A stretch of DNA of 64,000 bases. It comes from an uncultured Clostridia bacterium. Lineage in GTDB: Bacteria > Bacillota > Clostridia > Christensenellales > UBA1242. A program made the position numbers and the translations under genes. The stretch is from positions 472 through 64,471 of the forward strand of contig CAJOLU010000002.1 of the NCBI GenBank assembly GCA_905235475.1, written 5' to 3'. Below, in pieces: positions 11,201-17,235 of the stretch (its first letter is position 1; each line of letters opens with the position of its first letter). The notes beneath the pieces were generated by a model. It made no database searches, was not told the DNA's origin, and was given only the letters and a program-made list of their open reading frames with translations.

Positions 11201-11287
11201 ATTATATTGATTGTTGTAGCCGTTATTGTGGTTGTTGGAGTTATTGTTATCTTCATATTGTTTAGAACTAGAATGAAAGTTAAATAA
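2258..11287 (+). CDS. Giant (~3009 aa) surface protein: signal peptide, Ig-like repeats, C-terminal TM anchor
   Basis: ATG 2258 after GGAG RBS. Basic-hydrophobic N-terminus ending VKA-A. Recurrent D-x-AGN, ID-x-T-x-P and G-x-Y-x-I motifs of bacterial Ig-like domains. Asn/Thr/Tyr-rich. Ends VPLNT-TM-RTRMKVK. Confidence 0.8.
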   Translation: MQKKSVRVSILSSIALILMAMLCVFGFGKFQSVKAANNMGAMTAVVITVDNETNGYISERPLENLDEEDIPIMLNSYTELVGAEIRDGYLFLKGASDGIAPTVESGINKYYTKVTNAQGVEVDAVVMYSGYLKKCIWFKTQYLSIPITNIRTNEFTYTYNGIARTITTEENITDGSTYNITLGFLGEQSGTLSIAEDEISGTWTSTNFFETHEALLIRIGSSTSSIRYDIDAQTLTLNGESIDGYGKIEEAVGSYYYKEYHGIPAEIVDECGINVAAKTRRVRGNTDPSNYLNTLEGYYKLNITYRTQVGAPQISNFNFYLITSNTYANTDEILTFYNTNSQTAAEDDEEYTKLHYFNHNNLDNNQLLDIATPIELDQSLIAIDSSGLTYNGTTYPNDLPNINIYNAMNENTFDGKRGIIYNNNLTQKWMFADRLLYPTLTFNPEKYDLQYQKVWYNTEENGEFDFETLDALYGVMSVYTVSTSGTRTLKTSFDVARKTDELEGVDYSTLNVNNSDVLVRVTVNGTPYQATNGLITIDGTNYYYNKVEKKVCKYDLDAPFIAKYTMEELGEYVFLQQYKLKISNNEYYVTKNINDSSNISDKNEKLVINGYQATYRNNGTTTSYLRNENFVSDFSYLLTEPVYTSLDSESKAVVQPNENISYAENNNDYIITIEGINYYIDATKITTTNQAPVSLRYFATPNNKTANGKSLLWYVHIDNNKNITRGDYSNSKSFSTAGLYVVFLSFVDSSDSSKCCEQMIAFKITNSQPEVSIQTTDYDNITILDHKGSAETAITSNSYTNKNVYIQWLNNDVFNANIYATYTQYDFSGNIVRRNAPLTGLIYYKDESVLNNNTTLFTENGRYVVNIYYTNSGSSINRSFIIDKTSISGIKAVQVNVTDRRIFGYDSSDSTLTNATLSDQTNFNLVVKDAFAWTWNSKSSGAKISARYYYSNIAGKSSFALDNIEKDGENWVLANGEFGEILTGTNYAHTELSTTISTTSEAIYWKDAMFDSSQIISTNCMAILVLKDEAGNTASFVTIYESITPQTIQKKVDSSERTTSTLISATTEFIFGSHKALSVAKGSARAETINTVFAGILDGTSTTFSINSSEEYALPSNICSSLQNTFKSYSNELYYTLPIKRAESRLICDETYEVTIAPTKIGSNYTRTSLFVVLQQSGNSMFTYISTSATGSPLSARLSLDVYGQIQFTLTTVDNLENKITLNKNISLDQSDGRIFSHSGKNPDTSAITDTTTFDNKRNANRQQVFVGYSTNRDLLTFSFLQQPSGNFRVESIKLEYYELNLNLKNISENDVDPLYPYNTTPIKYTLYSINSSDPTVGLNWNATEGDGGEIGSGTYLQSDAINLTSNGVTAPGKYVFIRKYETDISSLSPEENKNDKTTFEYTVYVDRNGVISNDMTINIGVKGVFSNYEESETYKEFNSFGSQKNAQPEFRNNFIYNGNTASRINFNQTKTNLSTDMLPAKIALEIINGIAYKYYYNYDNKQYYSTQKNSQLIVIVQKFGDSNIISSQTLYSSAITQSHNTNVLAKSEPIQNLNAQSFSDAGIYRVFVMDLANINIPLTDSYFTTDWASGVLGIWDSTIYNSNFTPNVGTFSFKLRKEDIATSVLIKNAGVDTYTNVGLGSINGQNYYYTQNNNVIFSFSDTIDEYKAKVQYKNWTLTRTVHTLVNGTMQERVESPVSPNNVEIRTYDPNNEEANILVFSENELNRIKGVATTTPSTMTFSTKDNEGGILYYRTKFAGLNDDRYTYYILLPSNVVGETKTDCSYSLTLSYLGNPNSYMSADNQTNYFSKTTQAYIDNTAPYKHLLSLINQDTYLTSAQKSDMIANLNNPNYEFLTYYAFAVGPTFSLEAIDDSENIDCFYYKKVSGQKYDGSQNPKQTVIPESENFDKYADYRFNETFYKKYYLSSTSAESGYNNSITSSAEGSGYYDIIEVDKAGNHRVYTIYLNGDGVSINTTATDENNSIYEYNFISSFAGTTPTYEITSNGVTIYSKTGIINYDVLSDIPSISNSSFVIEGLSIQDEWYTINYRLMNGVDNAPWQTLVAAPQIYSNITGITYNTKAQNIAILNDFISQNIENGKLSSGTRMEFMIVNRGGNNLRFYLLTPGVGLVINNISPTLVGNRYFTVTIPADTYSTKFSDFRVTQNSVLLSTDHNSPPTYISNIKSTRETPVMLRFLLGNYRYSISFKDNFGRSYEFIYPTTEGIVNELVFEDGTTPKYVDGVLYTSNTSTFNYTTGTRDRISIKIVDKDTNIVIADLNNLPYSSAIETDVTLKTELQKEEIMPYMTEKLNMNNSVVSITFNAIKNRHLVYEITLLDIDNNLHTRVFAIYTKAQTITLTDTVGIEIFNDDLSDKITSKTVVVRYSTPQNVLFNPQVKLFDGTNTTNLSSSAQIRNAGEYRIFIANDLGIMNVFTIEFTIKPATTDIYSVYFADELLSAHSVKYNFEIDSTTKLIDSYFFLSSSNNAWNDIQILPSEDKDLTTELITTSGNTKIYKIFGNVYEDYFAVTQIFPVANNHLTNFEVYITTDLTNYISSSVGSGDHQYLIEPTTGKATYAKLHWDTSEAGFKNFVFANIWYNNVYMGKYTDDVVLTKSGEYTIQIMDIVGQQHRFGTQNRDAFTLTILNNVNYKINNANPIENQTFNDQVTLTLMNEDRYSWNSGGFIKVLRNNQEETNYITQGRSWTFTLAGYYSVYIETPISSNTTTPIKISATAHFTILDKNESKTVYDFAKISGYSVTKVEKIEYNSDLAELINLIVTNATTIDADSSYSAQVLNSFKQYNENVITQNNITTVTQLAEYLNSIDSNSLLYTYIDVTPTIKSIYETEVIQSFKITPDNLGVGRYRIYVKVEGSELTAAQSYSYDIWINNEEPTLTSSRAFGSSSTSSFIISFNPSIIYSQIGNSYIKINNTIIETINDSNQANVVRSYRVSAPGTYLVQVYSNSGSLISSQRITIDVPLNTAAIILIVVAVIVVVGVIVIFILFRTRMKVK

Positions 11288-11290
11288 CAC

Positions 11291-11326
11291 AAAAAAACAC
11301 ATTTCAAAACTGAAATGTGTTTTTTT
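11291..11326. terminator. Bidirectional intrinsic terminator
   Basis: AAAAAAACACATTTCA-aaac-TGAAATGTGTTTTTTT between convergent genes. Confidence 0.85.
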
Positions 11327-11338
11327 ATTATCGTAATA

Positions 11339-11749
11339 TTAACGCTTACTAAATTGAACAGCACGACGTGCTTTGTGAAGACCATATTTCTTTCTTTCTT
11401 TCATTCTTGGGTCACGAGTGAGAAGTCCTGCAGTTTTTAGAACAGCCTTATTCTCTTCATTAATTTTAACAAGTGCTCTTGCAATTCCGTGACGGATTGC
11501 GCCAGCTTGACCAGTTGTTCCACCACCATTAACATTAACAAAAACATCATATTTATTTAATGAATCGGTTAATTCAAGTGGTTGACGAACGATTTGTTTT
11601 AGTGTTTCCAATCCAAAGTATTCATCTAAACTTCTTTTATTGATTGTAATCTTACCTGTTCCCTCAACAAGACGAACACGTGCAACAGAACTTTTTCTTC
11701 TTCCTGTTGCTGGAGTTTGAACAACATTTGAACTCTTCTTTGCTGCCAT
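11339..11749 (-). CDS. rpsI: 30S ribosomal protein S9
   Basis: [26 protein letters not shown]-terminal QFSKR. Confidence 0.99.
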   Translation of the reverse strand: MAAKKSSNVVQTPATGRRKSSVARVRLVEGTGKITINKRSLDEYFGLETLKQIVRQPLELTDSLNKYDVFVNVNGGGTTGQAGAIRHGIARALVKINEENKAVLKTAGLLTRDPRMKERKKYGLHKARRAVQFSKR

Positions 11750-12192
11750 TATCTTCTTCCTCCTTTAACTTCTAAAACTTGTGGATTTTGTGCTTGGTGG
11801 TTGTGTTCAGCACCTTTATATGTTCTAATCTTCTTTTGCATTTGTCTTCCAAGTTTGTTCTTAGGAAGCATTCCTTTAATTGCACGAGCAACCACAAAAT
11901 CACTCTTTTCTCTCATAAGTTTATCATATCCAATTTCTTTATCTCCACCTGGATATAGTGTGTGGTATTTATATACCTTTTGATTTAATTTGTTACCAGT
12001 AAGCAACACTTTGTCACAGTTAATAACAATAACATAGTCACCCATATCAACATTTGGTGTGTAGGTTGGTTTATTCTTTCCGCGGATAACTGCAGCAACT
12101 TGGCTTGCAAGTCTTCCAAGAGGAACATCTGTTGCATCAACAACCCACCATTTAGCTTGAACATCTGCTGGTTTTTGCATTAATGTTTTCAT
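11749..12192 (-). CDS. rplM: 50S ribosomal protein L13
   Basis: [32 protein letters not shown]; adjacent to rpsI. Confidence 0.99.
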   Translation of the reverse strand: MKTLMQKPADVQAKWWVVDATDVPLGRLASQVAAVIRGKNKPTYTPNVDMGDYVIVINCDKVLLTGNKLNQKVYKYHTLYPGGDKEIGYDKLMREKSDFVVARAIKGMLPKNKLGRQMQKKIRTYKGAEHNHQAQNPQVLEVKGGRR

Positions 12193-12274
12193 TTTTTTCT
12201 CCTAAAATAAAAATTTTCCGCCTAATTTCTATCTTATGAGGGCTAATTCACAAAATTTTTCATAGACTTTTCGT

Positions 12275-12303
12275 ATTATACATCTTTTTAATAATGTTGT
12301 CAA
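12275..12303 (-). promoter_or_regulatory. Sigma-A promoter of rplM-rpsI
   Basis: Minus strand TTGACA-17bp-TATAAT, perfect consensus. Confidence 0.85.
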
Positions 12304-12379
12304 TAGATTTAAAAAAGTTTACTTAAAAGATTATACTTAAAAATTTTTAAAATTTTCATAAAATTTCTGCAATTTTTTG

Positions 12380-12408
12380 TTGACAAATAAAGTCAAAATA
12401 CATAAAAT
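12380..12408 (+). promoter_or_regulatory. Sigma-A promoter of MFS-CBS gene
   Basis: TTGACA-17bp-TAAAAT, implying a ~210 nt 5' leader. Confidence 0.7.
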
Positions 12409-12500
12409 ATTAAGGCTAAAAAACGACACGATAGAATAGATTTAACATTAAATAATTTATTCCAATAAAAAATGTGTGATTATACATATTTTTTGTTTGA

Positions 12501-12587
12501 TACGGCAGGGCAATTATTATTTGCACTGTTACGGCAGGGCAATTATTATTTGCACTGTTACGGCAGGGCAATTATTATTTGCACTGT
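12501..12587 (+). repeat. Perfect 3 x 29 bp tandem repeat with hairpin-forming unit
   Basis: TACGGCAGGGCAATTATTATTTGCACTGT at 12501, 12530 and 12559; last copy followed by CTTTGTTTTTT. Confidence 0.95.
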
Positions 12588-12625
12588 CTTTGTTTTTTGC
12601 AAAATTAAAAATAAAGGAGAAAAAA

Positions 12626-14485
12626 ATGCTATCTAAACAAAAGTCTATTATGGCTTTTACCATTGCAGCGTTTGCTACATTCTTGGCAACATTCAACGAA
12701 ACATTTATGAACGTTGCACTAGCCCCTATGAGTGTGAGTTTGGGCGTTGATGGCTCAGTTATTCAATGGGTTGTAACTGCTTATTTGTTGGGAGCAGCCA
12801 TTATGGTTCCAATTTCTGCCTTTTTATATAGAAAGGTGCCAACAAAAGTTTTGTTTTTAATCACAATGGGCTTCTTTATTGCAGGAAGTTTGATGGGTGC
12901 TCTATCGCAAACTTCATTCACCCTTGTTCTGTTTGCAAGAATTTTGCAAGCAATTGGTTCTGGTATGCTTATTCCAGTTTCAATGAACATCGTTCTTGAT
13001 GTTGCTCCAAGAGAAAAAATTGGTTTATATATGGGAACAATGGGAGCAATGACAACTTTGGGACCATCTATTTCTGTTATCTTGGGAGGAGTTTTGTTAA
13101 GTGCCACTGGAAACAACTTCCACGTTTTATTCTGGGTTTTTGGTGGGCTTTGCTTACTATGTTTCATTCTTGCAATATTCTTCATTGGAAATGTTGCAAA
13201 ACTAACAAAACCAAAACTTGACACAGTTTCTGTTATCTACGTTTCACTTGGTCTAGTTGGAATTATGTTTGCGATTTCATTTGTATTCCAAATTTGGTGG
13301 ATTGCACTTATTTCACTTGCTATTGGAATATGTGCCCTTATTCTGTTTGTTCAAAGACAAAAACGAATTGAAATGCCACTCATTAATTTGGAGCCATTAA
13401 AAGTTAAACAGTTTTCACTTTCAATAATTTTGAATATGATTGGACTTATTATTGTTTTTGCCTTTAACGTTTTGCTTCCATTATACTTACAAAGCGTTTG
13501 TGGATTTAGTGCTCTCATTTCTTCTCTTGCTCTCTTCCCAGCCATTTTCCTATGTTGCATTATGTCACCAATTGCTGGAAAAATCTACGACAAGCACGGC
13601 CCAAAATGGCTGTTAATCATTGGATTTTCTTTAATGGCAGTATTTAGTGCTATGCTTGCAATCTTCATTAAATATCCAAGCGTTTACCTAATTGCTGGAC
13701 TATATGTGCCACTAATCCTTGGTTCATCATTAATAATTGGACCTTCTCAAAGTTATGGACTTTCATCACTAAAACCAGAACAAAACCCACACGGAGTTAC
13801 CCTCTTTTCAATGGGTATTCAAATTGCAGGTTGTGTTGGTGCCTCATTATTCCTAGGAATTTATGAACTTATTGCCAAAAACTCAGTTCCATCAACAGCA
13901 TTTTTGGTTGTTGGAATGATTGTTGCTTGTATTGCATTAATTGGACTTGCAATTGCTATTGCTGTCACACTTAAAAACGCCAAAAAAACAGCCCAAATTT
14001 CAACGCAAACACCAGCGGCAACTATTGCTTCAGTTATGAAAACAAATGTTTATAAAATACAAGAAAACAACAGCATCTTAGATGCTATGCAGATGATGGT
14101 GGAGAAAAAGATTTCTGGAATGCCTGTTGTGAATGAAAAAGATGAACTTGTTGCTTATTTGAGCGATGGTGACATCATGAGATATCTTGCCAAAAATCAA
14201 ACAAGTATGAAAACTATTTATAGTTTTGCTGTTACCGAAGGAAATGAAGGTGCTATTGAAACAAAAATTCAAAATCTAAAAGATTTAAAAGTTTGTGATG
14301 TTGCAACAACTGGACCATTCTTTGTTGACATTAACGATGACCTTGGCGAAGTTTGTAAGAAACTTTCTGTTAGCCACAAGAAAAAAGTTCCTGTGCTCGA
14401 CAATGGAAAAATGGTTGGTGTTATTAACAGAAGCGAAATCACAAAATATGTGTTTAATGAATGTTTAAAAGAACATCAAAATTAA
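12626..14485 (+). CDS. DHA2/LmrB-like MFS transporter fused to C-terminal CBS pair
   Basis: ATG 12626 after AAGGAG. NETFMNVAL, QWVVTAYLL, ARILQAIGSG, GKIYDKHGPK motifs and many TM segments. C-terminal VMKT..ISGMPVV..LSDGDI..KKVPVLDNGKMVGVINRSEI is a CBS pair. Confidence 0.9.
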   Translation: MLSKQKSIMAFTIAAFATFLATFNETFMNVALAPMSVSLGVDGSVIQWVVTAYLLGAAIMVPISAFLYRKVPTKVLFLITMGFFIAGSLMGALSQTSFTLVLFARILQAIGSGMLIPVSMNIVLDVAPREKIGLYMGTMGAMTTLGPSISVILGGVLLSATGNNFHVLFWVFGGLCLLCFILAIFFIGNVAKLTKPKLDTVSVIYVSLGLVGIMFAISFVFQIWWIALISLAIGICALILFVQRQKRIEMPLINLEPLKVKQFSLSIILNMIGLIIVFAFNVLLPLYLQSVCGFSALISSLALFPAIFLCCIMSPIAGKIYDKHGPKWLLIIGFSLMAVFSAMLAIFIKYPSVYLIAGLYVPLILGSSLIIGPSQSYGLSSLKPEQNPHGVTLFSMGIQIAGCVGASLFLGIYELIAKNSVPSTAFLVVGMIVACIALIGLAIAIAVTLKNAKKTAQISTQTPAATIASVMKTNVYKIQENNSILDAMQMMVEKKISGMPVVNEKDELVAYLSDGDIMRYLAKNQTSMKTIYSFAVTEGNEGAIETKIQNLKDLKVCDVATTGPFFVDINDDLGEVCKKLSVSHKKKVPVLDNGKMVGVINRSEITKYVFNECLKEHQN

Positions 14486-14488
14486 TGG

Positions 14489-14517
14489 AAAAAACTTAAC
14501 ATTTTGTTAAGTTTTTT
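14489..14517 (+). terminator. Intrinsic terminator
   Basis: AAAAAACTTAACA-ttt-TGTTAAGTTTTTT. Confidence 0.75.
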
Positions 14518-14683
14518 TCTTATATTGTTCTATCTAATAGTTTATAACATCATTATTTTATTCATAAAAAATTATGAAATAAAAATCAAGATGACAAATT
14601 GTGACAATGAATAAATTAAATTTTTTTAATAAAAAATAATATTTTAAAAAAAATTGAATATAATATCACTTAGGAGGTATTAT

Positions 14684-14908
14684 ATGAACTACACAATTCC
14701 TAACTGGATTGCCTTTATTATATTGGTCATTGGTGGCTTAAATTGGGGACTTGTTGGCATTTTCAGATTTAACCTTGTTGAATGGATTTTTGGAGGCTAT
14801 AACGCAGGTTCAATCATTATTTATATTTTAGTTCTTCTTTCAACAATTTGGCTTCTCATGGTCGCAATCTTAAAAGGCGCAATCAATTTTAAAAATAGAG
14901 AATTATAA
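14684..14908 (+). CDS. DUF378 (YuzA-like) small membrane protein
   Basis: ATG after AGGAGG; LVIGGLNWGLVGIFRFNLVEWIFG...IIYILV signature. Confidence 0.85.
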   Translation: MNYTIPNWIAFIILVIGGLNWGLVGIFRFNLVEWIFGGYNAGSIIIYILVLLSTIWLLMVAILKGAINFKNREL

Positions 14909-14940
14909 AAAATAGCAATCAAAATGATTGCTATTTTTTA
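14906..14940. terminator. Bidirectional terminator
   Basis: TAAAAAATAGCAATCA-aaa-TGATTGCTATTTTTTA. Confidence 0.8.
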
Positions 14941-15001
14941 CATTTCAAGAATTGTTCATTGGGTTATTTTCTTTTGACTGATTAAAACCCACATAACAAA
15001 A

Positions 15002-15661
15002 TTATGGTAATTTGTTTATCTTTGTGGTAATTTTGGGGCCAACCCAGTTGCTTTTCTTTCTTTCAACAAAGTTGGCTTTTCCAATATCTAATGCACCCAA
15101 CACCTTATTATATTTCTTTGACCATTTTTTTATGATTTCAATAACTTCTTGTGCATTTGTAACACCCCAAACCTTGTCTTCCTTAAAGTCATATCTGTGA
15201 TTGTTATCTAGTGGAACACCTGCAACTGTTGCGCTCCACCCTTCAACATTTGTATATGCAATAACCAGCCTACAATGTTTCCAGGCAAAACTAATTTCAT
15301 TTAAAGTTCCACTTCCACCCCCAATTGCAACAACAACTGAGCAGTTTGCAACCATGCAATCACGATATTCATTTAGTCCTGTTGGAATAACAATATCTGC
15401 AAAATCATTTGAGTCGTTTTCATCATAACTTGGTGAAATTGCAATGGTATCGCCCTCACGATATTTTTTGCTTGCATGAGCACCTGCCATCACGGCACGC
15501 ATAACACCTCTGCCTCCACCGGTCAAAACACGATAACCATTATCCACCAAAGTCTTTCCAAGATCATAGGCAAGGTCCCATTTTTTTCTATCATTAGAAT
15601 TGCTGCTTCCATACCAACACGCAGCATTGCCAACAACCCCAACAATTAATCTTCTTTCCAT
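15002..15661 (-). CDS. LOG/SLOG-family nucleotide-binding protein (TIGR00725-like)
   Basis: VLTGGGRGVMRAV, IPTGL..YRD, AIGGGSGTLNEI. Confidence 0.85.
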   Translation of the reverse strand: MERRLIVGVVGNAACWYGSSNSNDRKKWDLAYDLGKTLVDNGYRVLTGGGRGVMRAVMAGAHASKKYREGDTIAISPSYDENDSNDFADIVIPTGLNEYRDCMVANCSVVVAIGGGSGTLNEISFAWKHCRLVIAYTNVEGWSATVAGVPLDNNHRYDFKEDKVWGVTNAQEVIEIIKKWSKKYNKVLGALDIGKANFVERKKSNWVGPKITTKINKLP

Positions 15662-15711
15662 CTGGCCCCCTCCATACTTTTAATTTCCATTTATAGATTA
15701 TATTTTAACAA

Positions 15712-15750
15712 AAAAAAGATAATTAATCAAACAATTTAATTATCTTTTTT
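15712..15750 (-). terminator. Terminator downstream of cysS
   Basis: AAAAAAGATAATTAA...TTAATTATCTTTTTT inverted repeat. Confidence 0.65.
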
Positions 15751-15753
15751 GCT

Positions 15754-17193
15754 CTATTTGATTCTATATGATGTTGTTCCATCTTTATTATCTGTTATCT
15801 CCACGCCCAAGTCAATTATTTGCTTTTTAATTTCATCTGCTTTTTGATAGTTTTTCTCTTGCCTAAACTTGTTTCTTTCTTCAATTAATTTGTTAATTTT
15901 TTCTTCATCAACATCATCTTTTTCATCTTCTTTTTCATACAAAAAGTCAAAAACTTTAAAAACTGAGTCAATTTTTAAGAAAAATTCCAAAATTTCTTGC
16001 ACATTTTTTGCATCATATGAATTTTTTGATATTTCTTCATTTGCCTTTTTAACAAAAGTGTGGATTTCTGTTAACGCGTTTGGACAATTAAAATCATCAT
16101 CCATTTGTTCTTCAAATTTTGTTTTAAATTCATTAAGCAAATCATCTAATGCTTGATTGTGAGTGTTGCCCACACCAATTTTTAAGTTGCTAATAAAGTT
16201 TTCTAATTTTTTGTTTTCAGCATCAATTGATGCAAAAAGTTGCCTTGAAAATGCTAGCGGACTTCTGTAGTGCGAAAAAGCACATAACCATCTCAATTTT
16301 TGTGGGCCATAAGTTTTTAGCGCATCTTCAACAGTTACATAGTTTCCCTTGCTCTTGCTCATCTTTGTTCCATCTTCTGCATTAAGCATTCCAGTGTGAA
16401 CCCAAAACTTTGCAGGAGTGTTGCACCCAAGTGCATAACTTTGTGCAATTTCATTTTCGTGATGTGGGAACTGAAGTTCTCTTCCACCGCCATGAATATC
16501 AAATGTTTCGCCTAAATATTTTTGGCTCATAATAGAACACTCTATGTGCCAACCTGGATATCCAACACCCCATGGGCTATTCCATTTCAAAACACTTGTT
16601 TTTTGTGCCTTCTTCCAAACAGCAAAGTCATATGGTGTGTGTTTCCTCTCATCATATTCAATCCTTGCACCAGCAGACAGTTTGTCTAGCGTGTTTCCAC
16701 TCAAAATTCCATAGTTAGGAATTTTTGAAACATCTAAATAAACATTTCCATCAAGAACATATGCATAGCCATTTTCAATCATTTTTGAAACAGCCTCAAT
16801 AATTTCCACAATGTGACCAGTGGCTCTTGGGCTAATATTAGGGCGGCGGCATCTAACAGCGTCAAGCCCCTCCCACATTCCTTTAATGTTATAGTCCACA
16901 AGTTCTAGTGGGTGAACTTTTTCTTCTTTTGCCTTGAGTTCAATTTTGTCATCTCCCTCATCAGCATCTCCAACAACAGAACCAACATCGGTTATGTTTC
17001 TAACATAGAAAACTTTTTTATTCTTAAATTTTTCAAAATATTCCGCCATCACATCATAAGCAATATATGTTCGAATGTGCCCTAAATGAAGTGGAGCATA
17101 AACAGTAACACCACAAACATACATTCTTACTTCATCTTTGTGTATTGGAACAAATTCCTCTTTTTGGTTTGTTAATGTGTTATAAATTTTCAT
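15754..17193 (-). CDS. cysS: Cysteine--tRNA ligase
   Basis: MYVCGVTVY, HLGH, GYPGWHIECS, DIHGGG..L.FPHHENE, KMSKS. Confidence 0.98.
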   Translation of the reverse strand: MKIYNTLTNQKEEFVPIHKDEVRMYVCGVTVYAPLHLGHIRTYIAYDVMAEYFEKFKNKKVFYVRNITDVGSVVGDADEGDDKIELKAKEEKVHPLELVDYNIKGMWEGLDAVRCRRPNISPRATGHIVEIIEAVSKMIENGYAYVLDGNVYLDVSKIPNYGILSGNTLDKLSAGARIEYDERKHTPYDFAVWKKAQKTSVLKWNSPWGVGYPGWHIECSIMSQKYLGETFDIHGGGRELQFPHHENEIAQSYALGCNTPAKFWVHTGMLNAEDGTKMSKSKGNYVTVEDALKTYGPQKLRWLCAFSHYRSPLAFSRQLFASIDAENKKLENFISNLKIGVGNTHNQALDDLLNEFKTKFEEQMDDDFNCPNALTEIHTFVKKANEEISKNSYDAKNVQEILEFFLKIDSVFKVFDFLYEKEDEKDDVDEEKINKLIEERNKFRQEKNYQKADEIKKQIIDLGVEITDNKDGTTSYRIK

Positions 17194-17235
17194 TTTTTTA
17201 CCTCAATAATTTATATTATAGTAAAACAAATAAGG

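Noticed and set aside
12501-12587. CRISPR array (29 bp partly palindromic repeats)
   Set aside because: Copies are directly abutting with no spacers, and no cas genes are in the window.
12476-12625. 50 aa N-terminal extension of the MFS in the ORF track
   Set aside because: It is a translation of the tandem repeat; the RBS AAGGAG precedes ATG 12626.
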